63,856 nucleotides of DNA, filler included, from Reticulomyxa filosa (GCA_000512085.1; 22 parts of 22 records of this genome joined end to end with filler, not necessarily neighbours in it), one strand, 5' to 3'. Positions 11,216 to 28,689 are shown, counted from the whole stretch's first letter. Notes: generated from the letters alone by a model not told the origin. Numbers and translations: made by a program.

Positions 11216-11960
11216 TTGAAAAGCTCTTACAGAGCAAAGGATGCTTTGTACAAAAAGTTGAAAAAATTGGGTAGGATTGACCAAGCTCTTAGTCGATTAA
11301 TAATTGAAATGCCCAGAATCGCATTAAAAGAAGTGATTTTCAAAACACATAAAAGACGCCCATTTCTTGATAGCGTTGTTTCTCAAGTTGGTTGTCAAGA
11401 TTGAGCTCAACATTCCCCTATGTGTAATCAGTTTATTTCTCGAGAAAAGTTTCAAGGCCAAAACCAGAAAAACAGAAATTTTTTGGGGGGGCAAAAAATT
11501 GCTTGCATTTGTTGAAACCAATGAACGAAGGGGATAGCACCAAAAGAAACGTGTCTTGAACTGATTCGCCAAGGGCGAATTCGCTACAAAGGAAAAATTA
11601 TTTTCAATCCAAAAGAGACAGGTATTTTTTTAAAAAAATTTCTGTGAAGAGAAAGAGACAGTCGAATAATTCATTACACTTTATAAAAAAAAAAAAAAAA
11701 AAGTAATGGTGAGACCAGGGTCACCTTATCGAGTGGACAAATTCGCGTATCGTTATTATCCAAACCTTTACATAGCATATAACAAGCCAAAAGGGGTATC
11801 ATGTCGACTTAGGGACGCCAACTCTCCCAAATCCAACGGCGCCTTTCCTTTGCAATGGTTCCAACGCCCACGGATCACAAAGCACTTTTTCCCTCTGTTT
11901 TTACTCCCAACGCCAATGAGTGGACTCACCATTTATACCGATGATAATCTCTTGCAGGGG
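11216..11960 (+). CDS. S4 domain + RsuA/RluB-like pseudouridine synthase fold, catalytic motif degenerate; 5' exon structure uncertain, 3'-truncated
   Basis: FLDSVVSQ|GIAPKETCLELIRQGRIRYKG (S4), YIAYNKPKGVSC (motif I), FPLFLLPTPMSGLTIYTDD in place of PVGRLDxxSEGLLLLTND. Confidence 0.7.
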
Positions 11961-12111
11961 TAGGGGATTCGAGTGCACCCAATTTTTTATGTTGTCATTA
12001 AAAAAAAAAAANNNNNNNNNNNNNNNNNNNNNNNNNNNNNNNNNNNNNNNNNNNNTTAATTAATTAANNNNNNNNNNNNNNNNNNNNNNNNNNNNNNNNN
12101 NNNNNNNNNNN

Positions 12112-12569
12112 TCAAACAGCAAAGTTGACAACGATAAGTTTGTTGGACCAAAGAAAGCGTGGAAAAAAAAAACAAGTTGCAAAAGAGATATTGAACAGAG
12201 AAATGCAACTATCTGTCTTTGTTTGAAAATAGACAGCAAATAAAAAAAGATGAAGATAAAAATAAAAAATATAATAACCCTTTTTTTGAGTACTTTTTTT
12301 GTTGTCATATTTTTCGACAGAATGTTTTTGTCCTTTTTTTATTTGGAATTGGAATTGTGTTGCTTTTTTGAAAGCATGCTTATTGATTTTAAGATTGCCA
12401 CGTGTAAGCTGAAGCTTGTACACTGACAAACCTTCAAAAACTTTGCATGTGTCTGCAAAAGCTTTCTTTCTATTCCAGACAGACGCCAATTTTTGCAGTC
12501 TATTGCCAAAAACAAATATAACAGCGGTGAAAACTAAAAAAATTGTACAGACGCCCTCTTTGTGACCAT
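12112..12569 (-). CDS. Hypothetical basic protein, N-terminal exons
   Basis: ORF 12112..12489 with coding-like composition and intron-like interruptions. Confidence 0.3.
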
Positions 12570-14049
12570 AAGTTTTAATTAATGATATATTTTAATCTGA
12601 TAAAATAACTCAATGATTATGAAAACACAAAAAAATTATGATTAGTTGAAGAGTTCCTTTAAAAGGGTCTAGTTCCAGATTTTTTATTTTTTTATCTAGC
12701 ATCATTTGTTTTAACCATTGTTTTCAAAGTCTACAATGATAAAATTTATATTCCCGGATTGCCGAAGAAATTTCATGTATGAAAGTGGCTGAGATAGTTC
12801 AAAGAGGCTGTAACAACGTTTTTTTTATAATTAAATGATATTTTCGACATCTGTTCAAGCTTGACATTATTTCATCAAAAATGAAAATTTATTTCATGTG
12901 TTGTTTCAACAAAATAAAAATGATAACTAACTTTGACTTTCTTATGTCTACAGTCAAAAAAATCATTATTCGACCGATCGGGCTAAAAAAAATAAACATA
13001 GTTAATCTTGAGATGAACAACTCTTTTACAGTTGTTTCCTTTATTAACCACATGAAGATAATTTTGAGGAATGACAACAAAAAGATATGGAAAAAAATAC
13101 AAAATCGAAAAAGATAGGATGTCTATTTGATATTCTATCATTTGACATTTGAGGTTCTATGCCCAGCTTGAAGCGGGTGTCGAACTTAACGACAAAAAAT
13201 TACAAACTTCGTTCATTTGCCACACAATATTCTCTTTCACGCATACTTACGCACATACGCATAACATATATCATAAAATTTTTCATTGAAACATAATTAC
13301 AACATCTGGAAAGAAAGAGCTTGTAAAAACTGGTCAAATCTATTTGTATTGAATTTCAAACGAATCAAAATTATAAAATTTTATTAGTGAAAACAGAAGA
13401 AGAGGAGCACCAAACAATACAGAAGAGTAAGAGAATTCGCCTTATTTGTTTTTTTTTATTGTGGGTCACACTAAGTTACTAATTGTCTTCAAAAAAGAAA
13501 TAAATGAAAATTCTCTTAAAGCGTTAGACGATTTGCCTTTGTTTCGCTCCATGAAATCTGTGTATTAATTATGTCTACTGATGATTGCAATCCAATATTT
13601 GGTTTTTTTTTAACAATAAGCAAGACATCTGATCTTTGGGAGGCACATCCTAAAATATTGTTGCATCATGCAAAGCATAATAATCNNNNNNNNNNNNNNN
13701 NNNNNNNNNNNNNNNNNNNNNNNNNNNNNTTAATTAATTAANNNNNNNNNNNNNNNNNNNNNNNNNNNNNNNNNNNNNNNNNNNNTTTATTCAAAAGCCT
13801 AACTACTTGAGCATAACATCCATGCAGTTTAAACACATATTTGTCCAGTTCATGAATGCTTCAGGTCAAAGACAATAAGAAAAACATTAAAAAACCACTT
13901 CCAAAATTTGTAATCATGTGTCGACTAGATCTCCATTCAACAAAAAGATATTTGGAACGGATAAAGACAAATTTCAAAATCAAGTTATGAATCTTGTGGA
14001 TTGAAATTAGCATTCCAGTTGAAAAGAAAGCAATTTTGTTCAATACGAA

Positions 14050-16350
14050 GATTATCAAAGATTTGAGCAATAATTTGTTTGACTTGGATAAATTTGAAAA
14101 AGATAACTGAATTTATTGCAATCGGTGCGATTAAAATGCAAACCATTAATTTTTGCTTAATAAAGGTATTGGTTATATTGTTGAATAGTTGCGAACTTTA
14201 TCATTAATAACAATTTACAAATAATGAATTCCAGTCCATTTGATCATACATATGAAAAAGATGGAACCAGATCATCAATTGACATTACATTATGCTATAA
14301 TCAATTACAAGATAGTACAGCAATTGGAGAACAGATAATGATGAATTGGATGTGCAGTCAGATCATCTTCCAATCAAGGCACATTGGTCATCTCCAGAAA
14401 TTAAAAAACAGAAAATCGAAACACGAAATTTGTGAAATGATAAATGGAATTTGAATCGACAAATTTTTGTAAGAATAGAAAAGAACATGACCGATTGCGT
14501 GATGGAATCATCAATGCAAAGTATTGGAACAAATGATCATTTCGAAATGAAACAAACCTTGGCGGAGTGACTCACAGAAATTGAAAAGGAAATTGAAGCA
14601 GGGAAACAATTGTACTTAATCAATAGTATTAGATCATTGAAAGAAGATATCACAATATAATTATTTTCTCAATTTAAGTCAATGAATTCGAACAATATCT
14701 AAATTATTCATGCATTAATTAAACCAATCTGGTACAATAGCAAAGAGCTGAAATATTGGTTTCATAATTCTATAAACATCCATCAAGTTATTCTGAAGAA
14801 TGAAAGTGCATTATCAATTTGCTGAAGATGAAATTACAGAAGTTCCGAAAAAGAGCATTGTCCGACAAACCAATTCCATTATTATTTGGAGTTGGGAAAT
14901 TATTTGGTAGAATTATAGCAATGATTTGATGTGGTATTTAAACAAAAACAAACTATTGCCAATGCCAAGAAGGATTCCAATTTTGGCACAATACATATAG
15001 TTATTGCTTAGATTGACTGAGCCCATTTATTCATCATTTCATAACAATATGATTTCATATACGTATTACTTGATATCTCTTTGGCATACGATATATTGTG
15101 TAGACATTGCTTAAATTAAAGAGTTTACTGGTTGTTGATAGAAATAAAATAGGACAAGTAGTTGAATGTGATCAATATCAAAGAAAATTTGAATTTTGGG
15201 TCCCAAAAGATCATCATTGTCACCATTGTTATTCATGTTAGCATTAATCATACTACGCGTTCTGTTCAAGATCCAATTCAATGTGGAATGTTTGCAGATG
15301 AAGTTGCATTGTGGATATCTGTCCACACCAATGATGAAAAGTAAATAAAATTGCAAGTTGATCAATTACAAAAGAGTTTGTGTAATGTGAGTTTATTAGC
15401 ATCAAAATGAAAATTATTGCTAGCATTCAATAAATCACACTTAAGACAAAGATAAATCTTTATTTAGACAATATTCTTATCATGTCAAGTATTTAGAATT
15501 GATCGTGGATTAATAAATGACATTACAACCATGCTAACTATGTTTATGGCAAATCATCAATCAAACTTGTAGGAGCACAATAATGTTAAATATCTAAGTG
15601 ATCAGACCAAGTTTATATTTATACAATTTGTTATACAAACAATTATTAGACTATCTTTAGATTATACCCGCTAATTCTGTAATGTAGATTCAGAATAAAT
15701 AAAAAAAAAGACTATAAAGAATTCAAAGATTTTCGATTTGTATGATTCTTATATTGATTAATTCAACAGTATAATACACGAATGTGATATTGCAAAGACA
15801 TAAAAAGAGGTGAAACTTTATCACATTGCATTTGCTATAGTAATAAATTTACATATCACAATTTCACAATGGCATATAAACTATTAAAAAATAATTACGA
15901 TTAAAAGTGATTTGAAGATAAGTTGGATAGTGAAATTATCAACTATGTACAGTGCATACATTCATGCAAGCTAAAGTTGGTATTCCAGATTCAACACGAT
16001 CAGAATAAATTCTCAATGCAAATTACAAAGCTTACACATTACAGCAAATCACGATTTGAGAAATTGAAAGAGCCAACACCGAATAAATATTGAATACATT
16101 AGACTAAAACATAATTGTAAAATTTGCAGATGGAAGTTGTAGACCAGATCCTTGACTCAATGAGCAGTATTGATATCCATCAAATCAACAATTGACTGAA
16201 TTATAATTTCAGAAAAATGAATCAAAACAATGATTTGAAGTAAAATAGAGTTAATTCGACAAACATTGGATTATGTTCAATGTTGTTACAAAGATGAAAG
16301 AGTCTATAACTTTCCAATTGCAGAATGTTAAGACTAATGAAAGGGTCAAT
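14050..16350 (+). mobile_element. Highly degenerate non-LTR retrotransposon (APE endonuclease-RT-RNase H)
   Basis: TYEKDGTRSSIDITL and SDH (APE end), VLLDISLAYD, CGMFADEVALW (YADD box), IFADGSC (RNase H); many stops and frameshifts. Confidence 0.85.
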
Positions 16351-16455
16351 TAAAAGTATTAATGTATCATTGTCAAAATTGAAAATTTTTTTGAAATAAA
16401 ATTTCAGTATTGATCGTTCATGTAACTACTAGAGAAATAAAACCAAAAAGTTTTT

Positions 16456-18976
16456 TCAAACTGTTTGCAGCAACTTACCCCTTTCTTCAAACACTGCAGC
16501 ACATAATTCATAAGCAGCGCCTGCATGAATCAATAACAATTCATCGGACAAATCATTGACACAGTCTTCTAATTCTTCATTGCTCATTGCTGTCCCTAGG
16601 TATTGCTTAAGTGGAATAACAGGTGCTTTGTCATATGCCTGTTGGCTTAATTTTGTCTCTAAGAATTGTTTCCATTGCATAAGAAGCTCCCCATTAAGTC
16701 AATTGCTTTTTTTGTGACAAAACTTCGGAGCTCAGTCATGCAGGTTTCAGGAATAGGAGCCCTTTGAAAAAACAAAACAACAAAATCTCTATTTGTAAGA
16801 TAAGTACGAGTATGTGATTTTTGTAACTGGTATAAAGTCATCAATTTTTTTGGAATTTTGTGCCATGTGTTCTCACTAAGCAAATATAATCGTTCCAAAT
16901 ACTTCCATAAAGAGGCGCAGTGTTCCAAATGCAATTCTTTCACACGCTTAAAAGGTTCAAATTCAGCCTGTTGCAAATGCAACATGTTTTCCATGTAACT
17001 ACCGAGTGCATAAGTTCCATCAGGGATAGTTTTTTGTCGGCGCAATGCAATGAGAACTTGTTCTAATGCTTGTTTCGATATTTTATAAGCCATTAACGAA
17101 TTTTTACTTGAATTTTGTTTGTTGTCATCCGTAGCTTTATTCTCAACGACATCATAAGCCCGTCCAATTCCACTTTCTGCACGTTGTTCAATTTTGATTT
17201 TCAAACTCTTGAGCGATTGTTCGTCAACAGAACGGAAATAATCTTTCTTTTTATTAGTCGTTTCACTGTACTTACGATTAATATCAACAATTAATTGTCG
17301 AATATCATGTTGTCCTGCCAATTCAAATAAGACTTCGTTCAATGTAAAGTGAATGAATTTCCTTCCAACGATGTAGGATTGTTTCAGTCGACTTTCCAAC
17401 AATCTTAAGTTGATGCTGAATGGGACTTTTGCCCCATATTCAAGCTTTTGACTTGTGCATTCTTGAATTTGCCTTTTTTTTCATATCATTTTAGAAACAC
17501 ACGTATATTTTTCATTTCCTCGGTTTTCCTTTTTTTGTAAACAAGATTAAAAAAAGATCAAACTGCAAAAATAAGGATTCGTCGATAGCAACGACATCTC
17601 TTTCATTGGATATATGCGTCAACATAATTTCACCAAGAGTATTGGATTGCGGTGTCTGATCATCAGCTGGAGGAAGTCTGTAGATTCAAAACAGATAAAG
17701 CTAGTTTTTATTTTGTTTGTTTCTCCTTCTTCCCTTGATGAGAGACAGTTTTTGATTGAGTGTAACTGATGGCAATTGGACAAACAAGTGTTATTGACAG
17801 TGACCAAGTGATCCAACAAAAGACGGATCATTTTACTTGTAGCTAACGGCCCGTCGCTGCCGCATTCAATGGCCGGCCACAATGGCACATCCTTGGGCAA
17901 AATATCTCCACGTTCACCACTTCCTTTAATGCATTGGAAAGGAATATTTTCGCACTGATTAAAGGCATCCGCAATAATGAGATAACGTTTGAATTCATTG
18001 ATGCCAGTGTTAGGGCCCGTTCCAGTCGCAGCTTCATTTGCATCTCCATCTTTGATTTTGGGTTCAGGCAGTTCGTCGGCATCCTTTTTCTCTTCTTCTT
18101 TTTTCTCTTCTTGTTTTTGCTCTTCTTCTTTTTTCTCTTCCACGATCTTTGCATTGGCTTGGACCTGATCATTGGCATTTTGGCCAATGCGCTCTCCAGC
18201 TCTGGCGACATCGGTGGTAACGCGACTGGCCACGTGATTCCAGCCTTGGACAAATCCCTGCCATGCCTCGTTCCATTTGCCCAAATCGCCCCATTTGTTT
18301 TCTTCTCGACGACGCAAGGCGTAGTCCACGGAGAATTCGTTGGGTCGTTCTTCCACCTCCTCTTGCGTTAAACGTCGATTGAAGCGAGAGTGGATTAATT
18401 TCATCCATTGAATCATGGCTGGCAAATATTGCACGGAGAAAATGGAAAACCCACTCAACGTGTCCATGGTTTTGAGTATACCCCAGAGGACCGGGTATTT
18501 GCGTTCGTTGAGGGGATCTTGTTTTAGAAATTGTCGAAATTCGGAGAGTGTGATGACTCGGAACGGTAAATACACGTTGGGGAGATAGGCCTCTTGGAAC
18601 TCTTTGAAATCCTCGCTCTCTGGTTTCATATCTTCTTCCACTCTCTGACCCCAGAACTTGGTCTCTGGATCCATCACTGTCTGTGCTCTTATTTCGCGAA
18701 TGCACTGCTCGTGATTCTTTATCACGGGGTCAATGCACTCGTCGATGAGATACTTTTCAAAGACGCGACGTCCGGCCATCGACAAGTCCACAAAGCCGTC
18801 TTTGTGTCTTGCTTCGAACGACAAATAAAAGCGATGGATAATGCCGTGGACCAAAATCAAAGTACTTTCGATGGACAATGCACCAATGGAGGCTCCAATC
18901 TTTTCAATGTATCGTTGCACAATTTTCAAAAGACGACTCATTACGTCTGGATCTGTCTTGCCCAATTTGGTAAATC
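16456..18976 (-). CDS. RNF213/mysterin-like giant E3 ligase, C-terminal region (multi-exon, 5'-truncated)
   Basis: KYPVL, VQYLPAMIQW…RFNRR, FVQGWN, LLDHLVTVNN, LEYG…INLRLLESRLKQSYIVGRKFI and terminal LSDELLLIHAGAAY are collinear with the RNF213 C-terminal domain as I recall it. Confidence 0.65.
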
Positions 18977-19118
18977 TGTTTTATTTTGTGTTGTGTTGTG
19001 TTGTGNNNNNNNNNNNNNNNNNNNNNNNNNNNNNNNNNNNNNNNNNNNNTTAATTAATTAANNNNNNNNNNNNNNNNNNNNNNNNNNNNNNNNNNNNNNN
19101 NNNNNTTTATTGTTCAAA

Positions 19119-20867
19119 TTATCCCCAAATATGAATTGAGCCTTTAAATGAACCATAACACAAGTTCAAACTGTAATCCCTATTTTTCATATTCTTCTTT
19201 TTTTCGTTTCTTTTTAGTAACAAAAATTTAAAACATAATATTTCGTTATCTTCATTTTTATCTTCTTTTATCACATGTAATTCTTTCTTATTTGATCGAA
19301 TATCCCAAAAACGAATTGTATTATCACGTGATCCAGAACATATTATATTTGATTCACCTCTAAGTCTATTAAAAATATTGCCATTATTTACTACGAATGG
19401 TGAATATTCAACAGACATAACCCAATTGGTATGTCCATTGAATACTTGAATTTGCTTCTGAGATCGAATATCCCACAAACGGACGCTTTTATCTGATGAT
19501 CCAGACAATAATATATTTGATTCATTTGATCCATATTTTGCACTCCTCACAGCGTTTTCATGTCCTTTGAAGATAATCAATTGTTTCGTTGTTTCAATGT
19601 CCCATACACAAATGGTATTATCATATGATCCAGAACAAATAGTATATCCATTGCCACCAATCACACCAATACTGTTACGTGTATAGTAATTATTATCATT
19701 ATTTTGCAATGGAGAAAAATCAACACATAAAACAATATTTGTATGTCCATTGAAAACATGTAATGATTTTGATGTTTCAACATCCCATAAACGAATTGTT
19801 TTGTCATATGATCCAGAACACAAATATCTACCACCATTAAATGATGAAAATTCAATACCCCAAACAGTATCTGTGTGTTCATTCAATACTTGCAATTGTT
19901 GATTATCTTTGAAATCCCAAAAACGAATTGTTTTGTCATTTGATGAAGAACAAATAACATTACGACGCTGATTATAATAATAATATGTTGAAAATTTTAC
20001 ACAATTCACACAATTTGAATGTTCATTGAATATTTGTATTTGCTTGGTTGTTTCAATATCCCATACACGAATTGTTTTATCATATGATCCAGAACAAATG
20101 TAATGACCACTAAATGTTGAATAATCAATGCTGTTCACAGCACTAGTGTGACCACTAAATTTCTTAAGCGATTTGGAAGATGTACAAAATGTATCAAAAT
20201 TAAACGTAGTAGATACAGGTAAAGCAGGAGATGGAGGAATATCTCGATTATTTGGCTGTTTCTGATCTTCTTTTTTATTTTGACCATTTGATTGTTCAGA
20301 TAATACTTGCGAATGTTGAAGCAATTTCAAATTATTTTCTTCTAATATTTTAATGGATTGCTTTTCTTTGTCATTGAAATCTTTTTTAGTAATTTCAATA
20401 TCTCTTTCCAGTTGTCGAATACGCTCTTCTTTTTCAACAATTTCCATAATTTTCAATTGGATTTCTTGTTTCAATGTATTCATTTCATCATTTTTGTTTT
20501 GTGTTTGCCTCTTCAATTGATCGATTTCGGTAGCAATTGCATCGTTGTTATTTATTCTGAGTTGTAAGTCTTTAATTTCCAAAATCAATTGCTTTGATTC
20601 ATCCTTTGTTATATTGTACATCAAAAATTATACAAAAACTTTTATAATAAATCAATCAACAAATTCAAATAAAAAAGTAAAACTTGATATGTATTATTTT
20701 GTTTTGAAAGTCGATCAATTTGTTCATCTTTTTCTTGCAATGATTTTGTTACTTCATTATTTTGTTCAATCATTTGCTGCTCTTTTTCAGCAAACTCTCT
20801 TTTCAATAATTCGATATCTGCAAGATGTTTGAGCAATTCTTGTTGGAGATTATTTTGTGACTTTTTC
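19119..20867 (-). CDS. Coiled-coil + WD40-repeat protein (lineage-expanded family)
   Basis: Repeated GH…ICSGSYDKTIRxWD; family signature IGVIGGNGYTICSGS; intron near 20625-20690. Confidence 0.95.
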
Positions 20868-20967
20868 NNNNNNNNNNNNNNNNNNNNNNNNNNNNNNNNN
20901 NNNNNNNNNNNTTAATTAATTAANNNNNNNNNNNNNNNNNNNNNNNNNNNNNNNNNNNNNNNNNNNN

Positions 20968-21078
20968 CCAACAAAAAAAAAAATTATTAAAAAACCAATA
21001 TCATATTTAAAGATTACAAGACTTGTAGATATTTTTTTTAAAAAAAATTAGGTCTAAATGTTGATTTTTCATTGATAA
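20968..21078. mobile_element. Tc1-like element terminus
   Basis: Similar to 9351-9518 and 51270-51432; ends …GCAACCTACTGTA. Confidence 0.7.
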
Positions 21079-22676
21079 AATCAATTATCATCATAAGATA
21101 TCGTTTTATGCGTTCAGTTTTCTTTGCAACCTACTGTATTTTTAAAATAAATTATTTGTACTCAGAAGAGTCAATTTTAATCCAATTTTTTATCTAATTT
21201 ATTTTCTGGCGTGGACTTTTGTCAGAAAAGGATAAAATTGGAGTAGAAAAAAATGGTACTTGCAAACAATTTCTAAATTGATATTAATTCATCCTTCTGT
21301 TTTTGATTTGAAAAATTTGGAAGAAAAAAAAAGGGTTGATTAAATCAACATATAATAAAAGGTAACTTGATTGTATTAAGTAATAATTCATTCAGAACAA
21401 TACTGATTTTCCAAATAGTTGAACACTCAAATGCGTATCAAAAATAAAAGATGAGATATACAAAAAAAACAAGGAATATTTGAATATGTACGATAAAATA
21501 TATCATTCCTTTTCAGAATCTACAGCAAATTGAAAATTCTCTTCAAAAAATCTTTATGCGAAGATAATGTGATGTTGAACCAAACATCTTTTTGAAAAAT
21601 TGAAAATGTTTAAATCTATTAAGATTATGAAAATTGATCTTTGCACAATTCATTTAAGAATATATTTGTTTGTAAAAATGAAATTTCATTTTATCTGAAT
21701 GAAGTTATATATAACATGTTACACCCAAAAACAATAATGTAGAATCTTCTTTTAGGAAAAAAATATTGGAAAGATTTTAAAAACTTCTATGCATTAAATC
21801 TATAAATAAAACTTTGCGATATACCTTGAAATGCAAATAAATCAAAAATTAGCTTCTTTCAACGTTTTAACTGACAAAGAAAAGTATCAGGACATTTTCC
21901 TTACTGAATTACATTTGAAAGGAAAAACGTCCCTGAGATGCTGATGATTATGAAAAGTATAATAGAAAATTATCTATTTTATTTTCTTTTATTGTTCATC
22001 AAATTGCGACAAAATCATGATTAGTTTTTCTTGAACGTATTTATGGACTAATTGCATATTTGCAAAAAAAGTAATTTGGAAGAGAACTCTTTGCCATAAC
22101 AAAAATTAAAAATTAATGAAAAAAAAAATTGAACAAAGAATGACTTGATAGTGATTGTTCGGAATGCGTTTTTAAAAAAATAATAATTTATATTCAATTA
22201 TACATTCTTGTGCATTCAAATTATCTATTTTTTATAATTTTGAGTAAACTAAAATTAAAACAAAAAAAATTCTTGTTGACTCCAAGAATAGTTTTTTTGC
22301 GAATTTTTTTTAAAGGAGAAACAAAACCTTGTTTGCTAGTAAAGAAGCAAAAATAATAAAAAAAGAAATTATTTTAGTATTTCTTTTTTCTTTCATCAAT
22401 AGTACTCATATTCTGTTTGTATAGTTTAGAAATTTGTTAATTGTTTGCAATGACAAAAAAAAGAACTCTTTCCTATTAAAAAAAAAAAAAAAACTTGGTG
22501 TGTATAAATAATGGATGTTAATACTCTACAAAATAAAGCACTTATTTACTCAATACAAAGTTTATATTTATAAAATNNNNNNNNNNNNNNNNNNNNNNNN
22601 NNNNNNNNNNNNNNNNNNNNTTAATTAATTAANNNNNNNNNNNNNNNNNNNNNNNNNNNNNNNNNNNNNNNNNNNN

Positions 22677-25610
<2,934 letters not shown>

Positions 25611-25758
25611 GTATGACTTTCTCTCTTCTTATTTAATTCCTTATTATTTTTTTTTTTTNNNNNNNNNNNNNNNNNNNNNNNNNNNNNNNNNNNNNNNNNN
25701 NNTTAATTAATTAANNNNNNNNNNNNNNNNNNNNNNNNNNNNNNNNNNNNNNNNNNNN

Positions 25759-27124
25759 TTGAATATGGCATCCACAACATACTTATTTTTTTTGGTTTTT
25801 GTTTGCGTGCACGCATACGCATACGCTTTTGAATATAATGCAAGTGCCGTCTTTGCGCAGCTTGCTGCTAAAGGAATTGGTGAAATGTGAAAAGCTGAAA
25901 GAAGTGGAGTTGTCTACGCTGATGTCGAATCAACTGTTCGACGTGTTGGCCACTTTTTTTGGGAGCTCTCAGGCCATCCAACAGTTTGTAAAGTGCGACC
26001 AATTTGAAGAAGACTTTGCACAATTGCTGCAATGCTTCTATCGAAAGAACACCTCATTTTTGGCTTGTGTCCAATCGTCGTATGACGACGCTGCCAACAA
26101 AAAGACGACACAACACACATTGGCACTTCTCGCGAGCCAGTTGACGAAGCCACTAATTCTCTTTGCCACCTTTGCACAACACAGTTTCACAAAAAAAAAA
26201 ATATATATATATACATATATATTTGTGTATGTATACGTATATCTTTTTTTTTTTTTTTGGCAGAGCCAATGATTGATGCATTAATGAAACGGAGTGTGAT
26301 GGAAGAATTAAACCGTTTGTCCAAGTTTGCCACCACTTGCAAAAATGTGGAGTGGTTGGACTGGATAAAAAATCATTTGCTACTGCTCTTGGACAAATTG
26401 TCGAGCCATCCGGATTTCAACCAACTGTTTTTTGGAAAGAAAGACGATCAATGGTTTTATAAATGGCTGTTTGAAATAATCATTCCAACGAACTCGACGG
26501 TCACGACGAGTGATGAAAAAATGAGGGAGGAGAACCGGAGCCACTCAAAGCAAGAAAGTGGCAATAACGCAAACAATTCGGCAATGCAAATATCGTGTGC
26601 AACTCGTATTGTGCTGAGACAAATACAAATTGAAACGCAACAACAGACAACAAAGGAAAACATCCCGACAGATCCATCGAACGACAGTCATATTGTGCAA
26701 TGCATTGTCGCCAATGTCTCCTTTTTCGATGGGCTGTTTGCCACTTTGCGTCACAATGAAAAGGATGAAATTCTTGCTAATGTCGCTCTCATTTTGAAAC
26801 ATGTCGTGGCCTACTGCAAGACCAAAAAAGAGGGAAATATGTTTAAGTTGAGACAAGGCCGCTATTTTCTTTTCTTTCTTTCTTTTGCTCCAAAACAAAA
26901 GACTCTTTTCTTTTGGGGGGAATGTCGCTTATAGAAAAAGTTTGGTGACACACTTGCCATGTATCATGGATTTACTACGAAGCAAAGTTCTTGGAGTTCG
27001 CAAGAATGGTGCCTTGTTGCTGAGCCAAATTGCAACATGGGATGACACAATGAAAGAAAGTGTGAGGAGTGTTGGAGGAATCACTGCTTTGATGCAACTG
27101 CATAACGAAGTTGTCAAACAGTGA
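25759..27124 (+). CDS. ARM-repeat protein C-terminus (TTC12/UNC45-like)
   Basis: ILANVALIL…LMDLL…VRKNGALLLSQIA…VRSVGGITAL; three exons. Confidence 0.55.
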
Positions 27125-27989
27125 TTGATTTTTTTTCTTTTCAATTTTTATTATTTGTTTAACTATTGTCATATTTAAAGAAGTTTCGTGGCAAGTTTTT
27201 TTTGTTCATGAGTGAATTGATTTGCCAAAAGTTTGGATTGCACCTTTGGATATGAAGAGTGGAAAATACAAACTTCACCGTCTTACAAGTTTAAAATTTT
27301 TGTATCAAAATAATGATATTCATAATCTTCTAATCATTTACAACAAATTGCAATGTTGTGTGTTTTTTTATTTTTGCATACATTACGTCGTATTATTGTG
27401 CAAAATCACTTTTCCAACTAGCGTTTTCTGTTAATCACCGCATTCTACATTGTTGTTTGTAAATATCATTTATATCAAATGTTCCTTTTTTTAAGTAATT
27501 GTATTTGCAAAGCATGTTACATCTACATAAGTTTCAAAGAATCTTCAACAACCATTTTACAATTTATTAATTGATTTTTCATTAGTTTTTCTATTTTTAG
27601 AAATTTCTTCAAAGATTTTCTTCGAAAATTCTTGTGCGATATATCGATTATCTTTTTTTCAAAATACCTTCAAATCTTGAAAGATGTTGTAGTACCTAGA
27701 TACTTTGAACATATATCTCTTTCAAGACTAACTTTTTGCAAAAAGTTGAATGACTATTTAAGTTAAAATGAGTTTTTTTTAATGATTCAAAATTATTGTA
27801 AAACAGACAATTACTTAATGTTTGTGAAATAATTCAATCAATTGTAAATTTTATTATTATGTTTAATTTTTGAATTTTAATTTAAAAAATTAACATTGTC
27901 GGGAAAAAAAAGTTGATGATTTAATGAATTGTTGTAAAAAGTGAAATCTTAAATTTTATTGCTGTGGTACAATCTTAGCATTGTCACTG

Positions 27990-28560
27990 TTACGATTTGG
28001 TTGATGAATGCGTTTGACCACTCGAAAGGTCAAGGAAATGCGAGGACCATACATATCACCAGGCTGAAATCCGTGTTTATATTCGTATCTCGAATTTCCA
28101 GTCATGAAATATAAAGATTTTTAGGAAGGAGCAATTTGCAGGTATTGTTCACAAATGAGTCATGAATGAAAGTCATTTTGGCATCACTTAATAAGCTTAC
28201 ACCCGCCAATAACTCATCAAAGGCTCCTCTTTGGTCAAAATGCATACGTAAGTAGCCCACAGACCGTTCGCTATAGTAATCATTTACCAACAATTCGTTG
28301 AAAATAGATCCATTTGTACTTGCAATCGCAACGGCAATAGTGCTTTCACGATAGAGAGTCGACTGCCTCCAAAATTTGTCAATTTTGACAGCAAGCTCTT
28401 GGCACAATTGTGGTAAAGCAGTGAACAAATCTGGAGTGCTGACTACACGATACAAATAATCTAAAGGTGGACCATAATGTTGAAAGCAACGCTTATCAGA
28501 CGCATTGAATTTCCACTTCCTTGTGTTAATTTCATTTATCAATTCTTTGCTTTCAATGTC
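27990..28560 (-). CDS. Hypothetical protein, 3' exons
   Basis: 146-aa ORF with coding-like composition; GT donor near 28200. Confidence 0.45.
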
Positions 28561-28689
28561 ACTTTTTTTTTTGTTACCAAAAAAAAAAANNNNNNNNNNN
28601 NNNNNNNNNNNNNNNNNNNNNNNNNNNNNNNNNTTAATTAATTAANNNNNNNNNNNNNNNNNNNNNNNNNNNNNNNNNNNNNNNNNNNN

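Noticed and set aside
17843-19061. Overlapping and antisense ORFs over the RNF213-like gene (likewise over 33600-34400, 40630-41290 and 45300-46700)
   Set aside because: Shadow frames of GC-richer real exons.
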